A DNA stretch of 64,000 bases from an uncultured Ruficoccus sp. (GCA_965140785.1 OZ223481.1:576001-640000), one strand, 5' to 3'; positions 1 to 10,377 are shown, counted from the stretch's first letter. Notes: generated by a model from the letters alone, not told the origin. Translations and numbers: made by a program.

Positions 1-199
1 TACTGAAGAGACTCAATGTGGCCGTCTTTGGGCAATTTAAGCGTAATCCGGAAGATTTCTCTCCCGGTGACACTCGCTCACTCGATTCAGTCAAAATCCA
101 AATGTCGGCATCAACAACTTCCAGTTTCTTAGCGATCCCATCGAGCTTAACGTCTTGTCCCTGTTTCGGACGTTCAAGGTTCCAAATTGCGATGCGCAT
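1..199 (-). CDS. Endonuclease/exonuclease/phosphatase (EEP) family protein, 5' part (runs off window)
   Basis: Hand translation from ATG at 199: MRIAIWNLERPKQ...DADIWILTE, the typical EEP N-terminal motifs (xxWN ... D-I-x-x-L-x-E); not in the ORF track. Confidence 0.65.
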   Translation of the reverse strand, partial: MRIAIWNLERPKQGQDVKLDGIAKKLEVVDADIWILTESSERVSPGEKSSGLRLNCPKTATLSLFS

Positions 200-327
200 G
201 GTCTACAATAATTGAAAATATCCATTCGCCTTATCGGCCATAAGCTTGCGCCTTTGTTCAAGGAAATATCCATAATCATTCAAGGCTTTATCATCGCCGA
301 GTCTGATTACATCTGAATAAGCGCACG

Positions 328-1485
328 CTACATTAAGCTGGGAATCCGCTTAACTGCTTCCCGCTGGCCCTTGTCATCCATATGCACATAGCGGCGGTGG
401 ATGTCGTCGCTGGAGTGGCCGCTCATCGCCATGCGGACATCTGCTGATACCCCGGCGTTGGCGAGGTTGGAGATCATGGAATGGCGCAAGCTATGGAAGC
501 CCAGTTTGCGGAAGGTGCGTCCCTTGCCCTTGGCATTTCGCCCCAGCTCGATCGGTATCCGGGCTTGTTCCATCAGTTCCTTGAACTGGTTACTCAGGCC
601 TCCGGCAGAGCCGGACTTCTTTCCGGTCAGGGTGGGGAAGAGGGGCGCTTTGCCGACACCTTGCGGACGTGCCTTGAGCCAGTTGAGAATATCCGGGTGC
701 AGAACGACCGTCGTTGTCGGGTTCGCTACGCGCTTACGGCCCGCAGTTTTTTGTTCAAGAAAGGTGACGGTACCAGCGTCGAGGTCGATGTTTTCCCATC
801 GCAGGTTGGCGGCATCATTCAGGCGGATACCGGCGTGATAACCGAGGAAGATCATGCCGCACCATTCTTCATCGGCTACGGCGAGGAGAGATTTTACCTG
901 TTCTACGGTAAAGGGCAGGCGTTCTTCGGAAACGCCTTTGAGGGGTTCGACGGCTTGGGCGGGATTGGTGAGGGCCAAGCCTTTGCGGTGAGCGGAGCCG
1001 AGTACGCTGGAGATGACCTTGAGCCCGAAGTCGCAAGTCGAGGCACTTTTGCCGCTCGCGTATTCAGCATCTCTATACCGCTCCACTTCGGTGGGGGTGA
1101 TGCTGCCGATCGAGCCTTTGAGGCGTGCGTCGGGCAGGCTGGCGAGAAAGGCGGCGATGACCGGGCGATAGCGGGCAAGGGTTCCCGGGGCGGTCCCGAT
1201 TTTCTCTTTTTGAGTCAGGTAATCGCGGAAGTACTCCTCAATCGAGGCGACCTGAAGTTTCTCGCCAGTGGAGCGCTCCATCATCTCACCGAGGTTCTTC
1301 AGGATAACCGCCTGGGTGAGTTCACCGGCCCGGGCTTTATGTGCCATGCGCTCCGTTTCATTAGCCAAAGCGAGTGCCTTCTTGTGGTTGGTCTGCTTAG
1401 TCGAACGCATGACCACGCGCCCGTCTTCGGCGCGGTACTTCATCATCCAGTAGGGGGAGTTGGCTTTTCGGCTGACGCTGGCCAC
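328..1485 (-). CDS. Tyrosine recombinase/integrase
   Basis: 385 aa; catalytic motifs GIR, FHSLRHS, GHSSDDIHRRY; N-terminal arm-binding-like region. Confidence 0.92.
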   Translation of the reverse strand: MASVSRKANSPYWMMKYRAEDGRVVMRSTKQTNHKKALALANETERMAHKARAGELTQAVILKNLGEMMERSTGEKLQVASIEEYFRDYLTQKEKIGTAPGTLARYRPVIAAFLASLPDARLKGSIGSITPTEVERYRDAEYASGKSASTCDFGLKVISSVLGSAHRKGLALTNPAQAVEPLKGVSEERLPFTVEQVKSLLAVADEEWCGMIFLGYHAGIRLNDAANLRWENIDLDAGTVTFLEQKTAGRKRVANPTTTVVLHPDILNWLKARPQGVGKAPLFPTLTGKKSGSAGGLSNQFKELMEQARIPIELGRNAKGKGRTFRKLGFHSLRHSMISNLANAGVSADVRMAMSGHSSDDIHRRYVHMDDKGQREAVKRIPSLM

Positions 1486-1505
1486 GGCGACGTAAGTCCT
1501 TGGTA

Positions 1506-1528
1506 AAGTTCTACCAAAAGTTCTACCG
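1506..1528. promoter_or_regulatory. Tandem AAGTTCTACC repeats, probable integrase arm-type sites
   Basis: Two direct copies immediately upstream of the integrase, between it and a tRNA fragment. Confidence 0.5.
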
Positions 1529-1612
1529 TTTGGTTGCGTTTGTCAATGTTTATGGATGTGTAACTTTCTGATATGCAACAAATATGGACATCGACGAACG
1601 TAGAAAACAGAC

Positions 1613-1643
1613 ACCGCGGTTCTATCCATTGAACTATGGGGAC
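1613..1643 (-). pseudogene. 5' half of a tRNA (Arg-like), probable att-site remnant
   Basis: Minus strand GTCCCCA-TA-GTTC-AATGGATA-GAAC-C-GCGGT: acceptor 5' strand, complete D-arm, anticodon-stem 5' strand; similarity stops at the anticodon loop. Confidence 0.6.
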
Positions 1644-1733
1644 AAACTGTTTGTATAAAACAACTTAAAGGCTTGTTGGCTTTGCGGGAAAATTGACTTT
1701 TCGCCGCATTTTGTAACCCTTTAAATTCAAGGC

Positions 1734-2073
1734 ATGCCAAAGACGAAGCCAGCCGACGCAGGAAGCGGCCAGTTCGTGAAGGTTGCTGAGAATCTATATC
1801 GCTATCAGCCATCAGGGGGTTACTATGCTTTGCTCAAACGGGGCGGCAAGCAAATCCGCCGTTCGCTCAAGACTCAGGAGCGCAAGCTGGCCGAGCGCCG
1901 TCTGGCCGATCTACGCGAAAAGGTGGACCGCATCGACACCAGCAAGGGCAAGACCAAGATTGAGTTTATGGAGGCCGCCCAGCTTTGGCTCGACTCCATG
2001 CAGCCGCCCCTCAAGCCCTGTTCGTTCCTCAGGCGGCAAACGAGTATCAAGCAACTCAAGCGGCATTTTGGGC
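1734..2073 (+). pseudogene. Truncated tyrosine integrase (N-terminal region only)
   Basis: NLYRY..GGYYALLKRGGKQIRRSLKT integrase-like N-terminus; no catalytic domain; abuts the relaxase fragment. Confidence 0.7.
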
Positions 2074-2499
2074 CTTCAACATCTCATAATTCTGCAAGGC
2101 CTTCCAACGTTTCTCCACCGGGTCGAAGGTCGCGTTCATGATCACGCAGTGCGTGTGCAGGTGCGGATCGAGCGCCCGGCTCGTCTCGTGGCGGAAGGTC
2201 GCGCCGATCACATTGCTGGTTTCGCGGTCGTCACTGCGCCCCAATTTGCGTACGCGAGTCATGGCGAAAGTCTCCAATTCGCGCATCGCTTTTTGCACGG
2301 CTTCGTCGTGAATTTTGATCAGCCGTTTGTCTTCGAAAAGCGCCATCAGCGAGACGCTCTTGGGCGGGTTGATCGTGAAGTCGTAGAAGATTCTCCGGTT
2401 CGCCACCTCCCGATCCCCGACCTGTCGGGTGGTGTTTTTACGCTGCGTCAGGCGCATTCCCGTAGCCGGATTATTACCTTCACACACCTGCCTACGCAA
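2056..2499 (-). pseudogene. MobF/TrwC-type relaxase internal fragment
   Basis: YDFTINPPKSVSL and RHETSRALDPHLHTH (HUH) motifs; N-terminal catalytic Tyr region and helicase domain absent. Confidence 0.85.
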
Positions 2500-2731
2500 A
2501 CTGTACCGCGTTGAGAGTTAGCTTGGGGGGGTAATGATGTGATTTAGGGTTAGGTTGTATAGGGAGTCAAGGCTTGGGCGGGCGGACTTCCTCGGACTCA
2601 ACAACTACGCCTCGCGGGGACCGGCCCCGGCGTGCCCAAGGAATCCTTCTGCGCCTGTCGCAAGATTATCCAGGGCGGGGTGAAGTAACCGTGTGCTGTA
2701 TCCAAAATTTAATGACAGGGAGTGTCGTCCG

Positions 2732-4210
2732 CTACCAGGGAAAGGGGTAGGTGCGGACATAACTCTCCCGTCCGAACTCCTCGCTGGCCCACAGGAAGTC
2801 CCCGCACTCGACGACCTTGTCGTGATGCCCGGCGTGGATTAGCGGGATCATCTCACGGCAGAGGGCTTGTTCGCATTCGAGGAAAAGCTGGTGGCAGGCC
2901 GGATCGTGGATGCGGTTGCGCTGCTCCTGTGGGTCTTCCTTCAGGTTGAAGAGGGTGATCTCACCGGTGGCGTATTTGGCATATTTCCACTCACCGCTCA
3001 GGTACATGCACGCGTCGGAAAGCGCGCCGAGGATGAAGGAGCGGGGTGGGGTGGTGGGACGGTTCACGCCGCTGTAGGGCAGGCCCGGCAGCGGGATACT
3101 GTCCAGCTCGGGGGGGAGCTCGGCCCCCGCATAGGTGAGGAGGGTTGCGGTCACATCGGTCAGGGTGACGAGTTCGTCGCAGACGCGCTGCCGGGGCTCA
3201 AGCGGGTCACGCACGAGCAGCGGGATGTGGCAGCTTCCCTCATAGTAGCTACCCTTGCCGGCCATGTCATGATCGCCGACATAGTCGCCGTGATCGCTGG
3301 TGAAAATGATCAGCGTGTTGTCGAGTTGGCCGGCGGCCTCCAGTGCGTCGAGAATCGCCCCCACCTCGCGGTCGATCTGCTGAACGAGCCCGGCGTAGTG
3401 CTGGCGGACGCGCCGCTTCTGCTCCGGGGTCCAGCCGTCGAGCTCCACCCCGTTCCACGCCTTGCGGTTGCCCGCGTGATTGTTCGCTTTGAGTTGCGGG
3501 CAGTCGTCGGGAACGCTCGGTGCCGGGTCGGGGATGAGCGCGGGGTCGATGTCGGCGGTGAATTCCTCGTTGGGGTCGTAGGGGCAGTGTGGGCCGGTGA
3601 ATCCGACCATCATGGCGAAAGGCGTTTCAGCTCCGTAGCGTTGGAGGTAGTCCACGGCTTCGGAACCGACGAAGTGATCCCAGGAGAGCTCCCACGGGTT
3701 GCGGCTGATGACCGCGCCCTTGTTTTCGAGATAGCCGTCGTGTTCGAGCCCGGTGTATTTGCGGGTGCCGTGCCCGCGCAGGTAGCGGTAGTAGTTGTCA
3801 CGGATGTGCGGCCAGCGCTTGTCCTCGGTGACGGAGCGGTAGTCGAAGCCCATCCGCTCGGTCCAGGGGTAGAAGTGCATCTTGCCGATACCGGCGGTGC
3901 TGTAGCCGAGTTGGCCGAGGCGTTCGGGCCAGGTTTTAATGCCCTGCCGCTGGTAGTCGGGACGTATCCACTGGCCGTTGGTCAGGATGCCGGTGCGCAG
4001 CCCGTGCATGCCGGTGATGAGCGAGGCGCGGGCGGGCACACATAAAGGATGGATCGAATAGGCCCGGGTGTAACGGGTGCTTTGCCCGGCCAGCCGGTCG
4101 ATATTGGGGGTGTGGATAAAGTCCGCTCCGGCGTATCCGAGGAAGTCCCACCGAAGCTGGTCGGCCATCATAAAGAGGATATTCGGGCGCGTGGTTTGCT
4201 CGCTGTTCAT
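2732..4210 (-). CDS. Sulfatase (Cys-type, S1 family)
   Basis: PNILFMMADQLR, CVPARASLITG (CxPxR), GKMH, SDHGD. Confidence 0.92.
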   Translation of the reverse strand: MNSEQTTRPNILFMMADQLRWDFLGYAGADFIHTPNIDRLAGQSTRYTRAYSIHPLCVPARASLITGMHGLRTGILTNGQWIRPDYQRQGIKTWPERLGQLGYSTAGIGKMHFYPWTERMGFDYRSVTEDKRWPHIRDNYYRYLRGHGTRKYTGLEHDGYLENKGAVISRNPWELSWDHFVGSEAVDYLQRYGAETPFAMMVGFTGPHCPYDPNEEFTADIDPALIPDPAPSVPDDCPQLKANNHAGNRKAWNGVELDGWTPEQKRRVRQHYAGLVQQIDREVGAILDALEAAGQLDNTLIIFTSDHGDYVGDHDMAGKGSYYEGSCHIPLLVRDPLEPRQRVCDELVTLTDVTATLLTYAGAELPPELDSIPLPGLPYSGVNRPTTPPRSFILGALSDACMYLSGEWKYAKYATGEITLFNLKEDPQEQRNRIHDPACHQLFLECEQALCREMIPLIHAGHHDKVVECGDFLWASEEFGRESYVRTYPFPW

Positions 4211-4314
4211 GATAAAAATGTATAAGAATCCCTCGCCGCACCCGCATCAGAGCGCAGCCTGAAAAACCCGGAGAATGTGTTGGGCGGAAGCTTGGGGCGG
4301 TCGGGCTTGAGCGC

Positions 4315-4343
4315 CACCACCGCGCGATTTACGCGCGGTGGTG
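4315..4343. terminator. GC-rich stem-loop between PEP-CTERM gene and sulfatase
   Basis: CACCACCGCGCG/CGCGCGGTGGTG inverted repeat. Confidence 0.45.
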
Positions 4344-4373
4344 CCTTTTCAACCCGGACCCCTCGTCCGGGAT

Positions 4374-5231
4374 TTAAGCGTGTGTGCGGCGGCGGACGGC
4401 CAGGCTCAGCAACAGGGCGAGCGCGGCCAGGAGCGCGGCGGATTCGGAGGGCTCGGGGACCGACGTGTAGGTCTCCAAGTTGTCGATGAGGAAGTCCGCT
4501 CCCGTGGCGGTGCTGAAAGTGTTGACGCCGAAGCGTCCGAGCTCGAGCGACGGGGTCGTGAAGCCAATCGAGGCACCCACCAGCGTGTCGTCAATGTAGA
4601 GGTCGAAGGTCTTGGAGGCCACGCTGGTTTCACCGCTGCCGTCGAGCGCCGTGTAGGTAAAGGCGGAGTCGCCCCCGTTGGCCACAATCTCCATCGAGTG
4701 GGCGTCGGTCGGATCGGTGAGCGTCTTGCTGCCCCCGGACCAGGTTAGTGAGCCGTTGTATTTCAGGTTAATCGCGAGGGTCTGATTCGACGGGCTGCCG
4801 AAGGTCGTATTGTCGGCCGAGGTCAGCACAATGACGCCGAAGGAGCCGGTGCTCTCCGTGTCAACGGTGACGAAGCTGAAGTTGAAACTGACATAGCCGA
4901 CGTCGTAATTCTGGCTGGCGTCGCCGAAATTCAGCCCGGCGCGGGAGGTGGAGGAGTTGGAGTTGTCGTAGAAATACAGGCCCTTGCCGCTGCCGGCGGT
5001 ATTGGGCGGCAGGACGATGCCGGAGTCGCTGGCGGTCCCGCCGGTCTGGTCGGTGATCAGCTCATTCGCACCCGAGCTGGAGTTGTTGCCGAGCTTGTAC
5101 CAGTCACCGCCCGGCTGTTGGCCGAAGGTGTAGCTTTCGAAGTCGTCGGAGGCCAGCGGTGTCCACTGCGCCTGGCTGAGGGCGGCGAGGGTGAGCGATG
5201 ACAAGGCGAGGATAAGGGTTTTTTTGTGCAT
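4374..5231 (-). CDS. PEP-CTERM surface protein
   Basis: Signal peptide; C-terminal VPEPSES + transmembrane segment + RRR. Confidence 0.9.
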   Translation of the reverse strand: MHKKTLILALSSLTLAALSQAQWTPLASDDFESYTFGQQPGGDWYKLGNNSSSGANELITDQTGGTASDSGIVLPPNTAGSGKGLYFYDNSNSSTSRAGLNFGDASQNYDVGYVSFNFSFVTVDTESTGSFGVIVLTSADNTTFGSPSNQTLAINLKYNGSLTWSGGSKTLTDPTDAHSMEIVANGGDSAFTYTALDGSGETSVASKTFDLYIDDTLVGASIGFTTPSLELGRFGVNTFSTATGADFLIDNLETYTSVPEPSESAALLAALALLLSLAVRRRTHA

Positions 5232-5338
5232 GATTCGATTCGGGTTTGAGGGGTTTTTGGGATTTTTGCTCCGTACCGCCGGGCGGCACGCTGAGAAAAA
5301 TACGCCTCCCGGTCACCCCCTGTCTATACCCCTGGGGC

Positions 5339-5352
5339 TTCATACATATGAA
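5339..5352. promoter_or_regulatory. Putative LacI-type operator TTCATACATATGAA
   Basis: Near-palindrome in the divergent promoter region; matches the site at 6619. Confidence 0.6.
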
Positions 5353-5438
5353 TTACGCTTGTCTTTGCTCATGCCGGGCTTAGGCTTAAAAGCTGTTGAG
5401 CCGCCTATTGCGTTGCCTCCGACTCCCTGCTCGTCGTT

Positions 5439-6533
5439 TTGAAACCGATCATTACCCAGAAAGACATCGCCCAGGAAACCGGGCTCGACCAGTCCACCGT
5501 GAGTCTCGCCCTGCGGGACGATCCCCGCGTGAGCAGCCGCACCCGCAAGCGGGTACTCGCGACGGCGCGGAAGCTGGGCTACCGCAAGGACCCGATGCTG
5601 ACCGCGCTGGCCTCCTATCGCGGCGACCGTCAGCAGAAAACCTACCACGGCACCCTGGCCTGGCTGAACGATCCGGAGGTGTACAAGCTCGATTACTACG
5701 AGGACTCGGTCTATTACCATTATCGCGCAGGGGCGCAGGCGCAGGCGCTTCAGCACGGCTACAAGCTGGAAATATTCGAGGTGGAGATGGAGGCCCCGAA
5801 CCAGCGGCGGCTCTCGGAAATCCTCTACCACCGCGGGATCGAGGGCATCATCCTGCCGCCGCTCCGTCATGCCGGTCCGGCGCTGAAGCTCGAGTGGGAG
5901 CATTTCGCCGTGGTGACTTTCGGCTGGACGGTGATGGAGCCGCACTTTCACTGCGTCAGTCCCAACCACTATTATAACGGCACCGAAACTGTGCGGAATT
6001 TTCGTGCGCTGGGCTATCAGCGTATCGGCGCCGTGCTCTTCATGCCGCCGAAGGATGTGGGCAAGTGGCATTATCACCTCTGGGCCCAGGGCGTGGAGAC
6101 GAGCGTTTTCACCACTGGAGGCCCCGGGGCGGTCCCGACTCTGCGCTTGACCTCCTGTGAGCGTGATCAGGCTGAAGTCTTTCAGGCCTGGTACCGTAAA
6201 TACCGCCCGGATGCGATCGCCATGATGATGGAGTGCTCGGACTTCGTGGAGGACAGCCTGAAAGAGATCGGCATCCAGGCCCCCCGCGATGTGGGCCTGG
6301 CCTGCTTCGTTTACAGGAGTCAACAGAAGCACCTGGCCGGGGTTCGGGAGAACTCCCCTTACATCGGCAAGGCGGCCGTGGACATGCTCGTGGGCACCAT
6401 CCGGCGACGCGAGTTCGGTGCGCCGCCCGTGCGCCGAATGCTGCAAATCGATGGCTCCTGGGAGCCCGGCAAGAGCGTTCGTAAACAAACCGGCCGCGCT
6501 GCGTCGACGCGGAAGAAAGCCCACCGCGGATGA
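5439..6533 (+). CDS. LacI-family transcriptional regulator
   Basis: ITQKDIAQETGLDQSTVSLAL HTH, LGYRKDP hinge, sugar-binding domain. Confidence 0.92.
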   Translation: MKPIITQKDIAQETGLDQSTVSLALRDDPRVSSRTRKRVLATARKLGYRKDPMLTALASYRGDRQQKTYHGTLAWLNDPEVYKLDYYEDSVYYHYRAGAQAQALQHGYKLEIFEVEMEAPNQRRLSEILYHRGIEGIILPPLRHAGPALKLEWEHFAVVTFGWTVMEPHFHCVSPNHYYNGTETVRNFRALGYQRIGAVLFMPPKDVGKWHYHLWAQGVETSVFTTGGPGAVPTLRLTSCERDQAEVFQAWYRKYRPDAIAMMMECSDFVEDSLKEIGIQAPRDVGLACFVYRSQQKHLAGVRENSPYIGKAAVDMLVGTIRRREFGAPPVRRMLQIDGSWEPGKSVRKQTGRAASTRKKAHRG

Positions 6534-6618
6534 ACGATGCCGTTCTGGCAGAGGATCGCGTCGGTGAAGGCCTGGCCATTACGGGTTGCGGTTCGTGTGG
6601 GGATGCAATCTGCCTCGG

Positions 6619-6634
6619 TTTCATACGTATGAAA
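6619..6634. promoter_or_regulatory. Putative LacI-type operator TTTCATACGTATGAAA
   Basis: Perfect 16-bp palindrome with central CG upstream of the sulfatase-lyase operon. Confidence 0.65.
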
Positions 6635-6705
6635 TGCCCCTCCGGTTGAAGTTTTATTTGGGCTCTGGTTATAGTTAGCCGATCAATAGGACCACGCCTG
6701 CCGGG

Positions 6706-8187
6706 ATGGCCTTAACCTACCCAATGACTTCTCGTATGCTTCAGCGAACTTTCATCCTCGCCACCCTGAGCGTTCTGGCGCTGATCCGGCCCCTGCCCGG
6801 CAAGAACGTCGTCTTCGTGCTCGCCGACGACCTTAGCCCCCGGCTGGAGTGTTATGGCGGCGACGTCATCTCGCCCAACCTGGACAAGCTGGCCGACGAG
6901 GGCTGCCTCTTCGAGCATGCCTACGCCCAGGCGACGATCTGCACGCCCTCCCGCGCGAGTATTATGACCGGTATGCGACCCGACGCCATCGGCACACGCG
7001 ACAACAACTACCGCAAGTCCCGCTTCCGCAATTACCTGCCCGACGTGCAGACCCTGCCGCAGTATTTGCAGCAGTTCGGCTATACCTCAATCGGCCTGGG
7101 CAAGAGCTATGGCCCGCCCGACCCGGACTCGTGGTCCCGGGAGGATCTGGGTGAGGCTCCGGGCATCGAGCAGTACGCCCTGCCGGAGAACCGCGCGACC
7201 TATGAAAAAAACAAGCAAGCGGGCAAACGCGGCTGGTACAACATGGGCCCGCATACGGAATCGGCGGAGGTGCCCGACTCGGCCTACCCGGACGGACGTG
7301 TGACCGACCGGGCGATTGAACTGCTGCACGCGTTGAAGGACGAGCCCTTTTTCCTCTACATCGGCTACCAGCGCCCGCACCGTCCCTTCACCGCGCCGAA
7401 GAAGTACTTCGACCTGTACGCGGACCAGACGCTGGCCTTTCCCGGTCCCGGCGGCTATCCCGAGGGGGCGCCCGAGCTCGCGCTCAAAACCCACTACAGG
7501 TCTGCGCCCCAGCCCGGCGACAAGCGCTACGCCCGCGACTACAACCAGATGCTCGGCCACTACGCGGCCGCCAGCTATGTGGACGCGCTGTTCGGGCGCG
7601 TGATGGAAACCCTGCGGGAGCTCGACCTCGACGAGGAGACACTGGTCATCTTCAGCGCCGACCATGGCTTCCATGTCGGGGAAAACGGCCAGTGGGATAA
7701 GTCCGCGCTTTTTGAAACAACCTGCGCCGTGCCGCTGATCATTCACGTGCCGGGGGACAAGGCTCAGCCTGTGCGGATCACCCAGCCGGTCGAGCTGCTC
7801 GACCTGTACCCGACGGTTCTGGATTTTCTGGAATTGCCCTATCCGCCGCAACTGGCGGGCAAGAGCCTGCTGCCACTCATGACCGGCTCGGGGAAGTCCG
7901 GCAAGGAGGTGGCCTACACCGAAGTCATGCGCAGTGCCGGGGGCAAGAACGCCGCCATGAACTGGGACGGCAGCATCGAGGGCCGTAGCCTCCGCAGCGG
8001 CGATTACCGACTCAACCGCTGGTGGGACGCGCAAACCGGCCAAGTGCTCGCACTGGAGCTTTACGACTACTCTCTGCCTCAACCCGAAACCAAAAACCTG
8101 GCCGACGATCCCGCCTATGCCGACATCCAGGCCCGCCTGCTGGCGCAGCTTGATGCCCAGTGGCCGCTTCTGCCCTCGTCCAATTAA
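6706..8187 (+). CDS. Secreted sulfatase (iduronate-2-sulfatase-like)
   Basis: NVVFVLADDL, CTPSRAS, RPHRPF, ADHGFHVGE. Confidence 0.9.
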   Translation: MALTYPMTSRMLQRTFILATLSVLALIRPLPGKNVVFVLADDLSPRLECYGGDVISPNLDKLADEGCLFEHAYAQATICTPSRASIMTGMRPDAIGTRDNNYRKSRFRNYLPDVQTLPQYLQQFGYTSIGLGKSYGPPDPDSWSREDLGEAPGIEQYALPENRATYEKNKQAGKRGWYNMGPHTESAEVPDSAYPDGRVTDRAIELLHALKDEPFFLYIGYQRPHRPFTAPKKYFDLYADQTLAFPGPGGYPEGAPELALKTHYRSAPQPGDKRYARDYNQMLGHYAAASYVDALFGRVMETLRELDLDEETLVIFSADHGFHVGENGQWDKSALFETTCAVPLIIHVPGDKAQPVRITQPVELLDLYPTVLDFLELPYPPQLAGKSLLPLMTGSGKSGKEVAYTEVMRSAGGKNAAMNWDGSIEGRSLRSGDYRLNRWWDAQTGQVLALELYDYSLPQPETKNLADDPAYADIQARLLAQLDAQWPLLPSSN

Positions 8188-8192
8188 ATTTC

Positions 8193-10358
8193 ATGTCCCG
8201 TTTACCCTTTATCCCGATGCCGCGATTCGTCCCGATCTTTTCCGCTGCCGCGCTGACCCTGCTCGGCTTGCTCGCCACCGGTTGCGAGCGTGGGCCGCTT
8301 ACCTCCGCTGTCTCATCTGCCCAGACGGAGGACAGCGTGGAAGTTGCGGACGCCACCTCGCCACAGGAGGCCGCCACCGTGGCGCACGTAGAGGAGTTTG
8401 AAGCACCGACTTACCTGCCCGCGCTGGGAGATGAAGACCCGGGCAAGGGACAGCGTTCGCATCGTCGGACCCCGCCGCCGCCGGTGCCTACGCCTGAGGA
8501 AATCGCCGCCATCGCCAAGCACGTGACGAAGCAACCCGTGGGCGTGGGCGTGCCAGCCAGTGACCGGACGGTGTGGGGGGAATTGGCCGCGCAGCCGCAG
8601 GCGCGGGACCTGATCCGGGAGGCCGGGCAGGCCCTCGACGAGCCCATCGCCCCGCTGACGGCGGAGCTGTGGCAGCGCTATGAGAAAACCGGTGATCGCA
8701 CGGCCTACCAGGACGCCTCGACCGCCCGCTATAATCGCCTCCGTGCCCTGGCGCTCGGCGAGGCGTTGGAGTATGAGGGGCGCTTCATCCCGGCCATCGA
8801 GGAGACGCTGACCGCGATATTCGAGCAGGGAGCCTGGAGCGTCCCTGCGCACGGCAAGGGCATGGACGTTTTCGAGGGCGAGCGGATCGTCGTCGATCTG
8901 GCCGCTTCACAACTGTCCTGGACATTGGCTACGGTGGACTATTGGCTGGCTGCCAAACTCCCCGCCGAGGTGCGCGCACGTCTGAAGACCGAAGTCGAGC
9001 GCCGCGTGCTGCATCCATACCTGGAGGCAATCCGCACGGGCCACGCCTTCTGGTGGATGGACGGCACGAATAACTGGAGCGCTGTCTGCTGCGGCTCCAT
9101 CACGGGGGCGGCGCTCAGCCTGGAGCCGGATGTAAATGTGCGTGCTGAGTTCATCGCGGACGCCGAGGTCATCCTCGGGCGCTACATCGACAGCTTCAGC
9201 GACGAGGGCATCAGCGAGGAAGGCATCGGCTACTGGAGCTACGGCTTCTCGCACTTTCTCTATGCCAGTGAGGCGATCCGCCGTTCGACCGGCGGAGCCA
9301 TCGACCTGCTGGATGATGAGAAGGTTTTTCGTGTCAGCCAGTCACCGCTCAGCCTGGAAATCGCCGACAACGTCTACGGCGCCTTCGGCGACCAGTCTGT
9401 CAATGGCAAGCCCGACAAGCAGCTCTACACCTTTGCCGCCCGGCGCTACGGGCTTCGCTGGGCCGAGGACGTGCGCTTTGACCAGATCAGCAAGGGCGTC
9501 TCCCATCCGCTCGGGCCGCACCTGTATTCACTCATTATTCGGACCTTTGGCCAGGATGCTGCGCCCGTGGAGGGCTTTGATATCGAGTCGGGGCAGGCTG
9601 ACGATCGGGCGCTGCGCAGTTGGTTCCCCCAGGGCGAACTGTACATCTGCCGTCCGGGCGACACCGATCAGGATGCCATGAGCGTGGCCATCCGCATCAG
9701 CAACAACGGGGAATCCCACAACCATAATGACGTCGGCAGCTATGTCGTCGTGTACAAGGGAGTGCCCGTGCTGGCCGACCCGGGGATGGAGCGCTACACG
9801 GCGAAATCCTTCGGCCCGCACCGCTACGAGTCGGGCCTGAATAATTCCTTTGGACACCCGGTGCCGTTGGTGGCGAACCGGATGCAGAAGGCCGGGGAAG
9901 AGGCCTTTGGAGAAATCCTCAGCGCCACCCCCGGAGAGCAAACCGACACCCTCGTCATCGATCTGACCGAAGCTTATCGTTCGCCCGGCCTGGAGCAGCT
10001 CATTCGCACGCTTCGCTACGAGCGCCCCGGTAAGGACGGCCCGGGAGCAATCGTCCTCACCGACTGCGTGCGCAACAGCCAGCCCGAGGATTTTTCGATG
10101 GCGTTGATCACGCGGGGAACTTTCACGATCCTCAGCCCCACGACGGTCAAGATCACGGATAGGGGCGTTTCTCTCTACGCACGCGTGGACGCGCAGGGGC
10201 GGCCTTTTGCTTTTGTCGAAAGCCCGATTACGGGCTTCACGAATCCGGACAAGGCCAAAGCCCACCGCCTGGGCATTTATCTGCTCAACCCGGTCGAGGA
10301 GGCCTGTCTCACCGTCACCGTCACCCCTACGCCTCCCGACGACACGCCTTCCAAATAA
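8193..10358 (+). CDS. Heparinase II/III-like polysaccharide lyase, lipoprotein
   Basis: Lipobox LATGC; NNW, EGIGYWSY, SHNHNDVGS, DPG motifs. Confidence 0.8.
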   Translation: MSRLPFIPMPRFVPIFSAAALTLLGLLATGCERGPLTSAVSSAQTEDSVEVADATSPQEAATVAHVEEFEAPTYLPALGDEDPGKGQRSHRRTPPPPVPTPEEIAAIAKHVTKQPVGVGVPASDRTVWGELAAQPQARDLIREAGQALDEPIAPLTAELWQRYEKTGDRTAYQDASTARYNRLRALALGEALEYEGRFIPAIEETLTAIFEQGAWSVPAHGKGMDVFEGERIVVDLAASQLSWTLATVDYWLAAKLPAEVRARLKTEVERRVLHPYLEAIRTGHAFWWMDGTNNWSAVCCGSITGAALSLEPDVNVRAEFIADAEVILGRYIDSFSDEGISEEGIGYWSYGFSHFLYASEAIRRSTGGAIDLLDDEKVFRVSQSPLSLEIADNVYGAFGDQSVNGKPDKQLYTFAARRYGLRWAEDVRFDQISKGVSHPLGPHLYSLIIRTFGQDAAPVEGFDIESGQADDRALRSWFPQGELYICRPGDTDQDAMSVAIRISNNGESHNHNDVGSYVVVYKGVPVLADPGMERYTAKSFGPHRYESGLNNSFGHPVPLVANRMQKAGEEAFGEILSATPGEQTDTLVIDLTEAYRSPGLEQLIRTLRYERPGKDGPGAIVLTDCVRNSQPEDFSMALITRGTFTILSPTTVKITDRGVSLYARVDAQGRPFAFVESPITGFTNPDKAKAHRLGIYLLNPVEEACLTVTVTPTPPDDTPSK

Positions 10359-10377
10359 TACTTTCCTTTCTGCTCCC

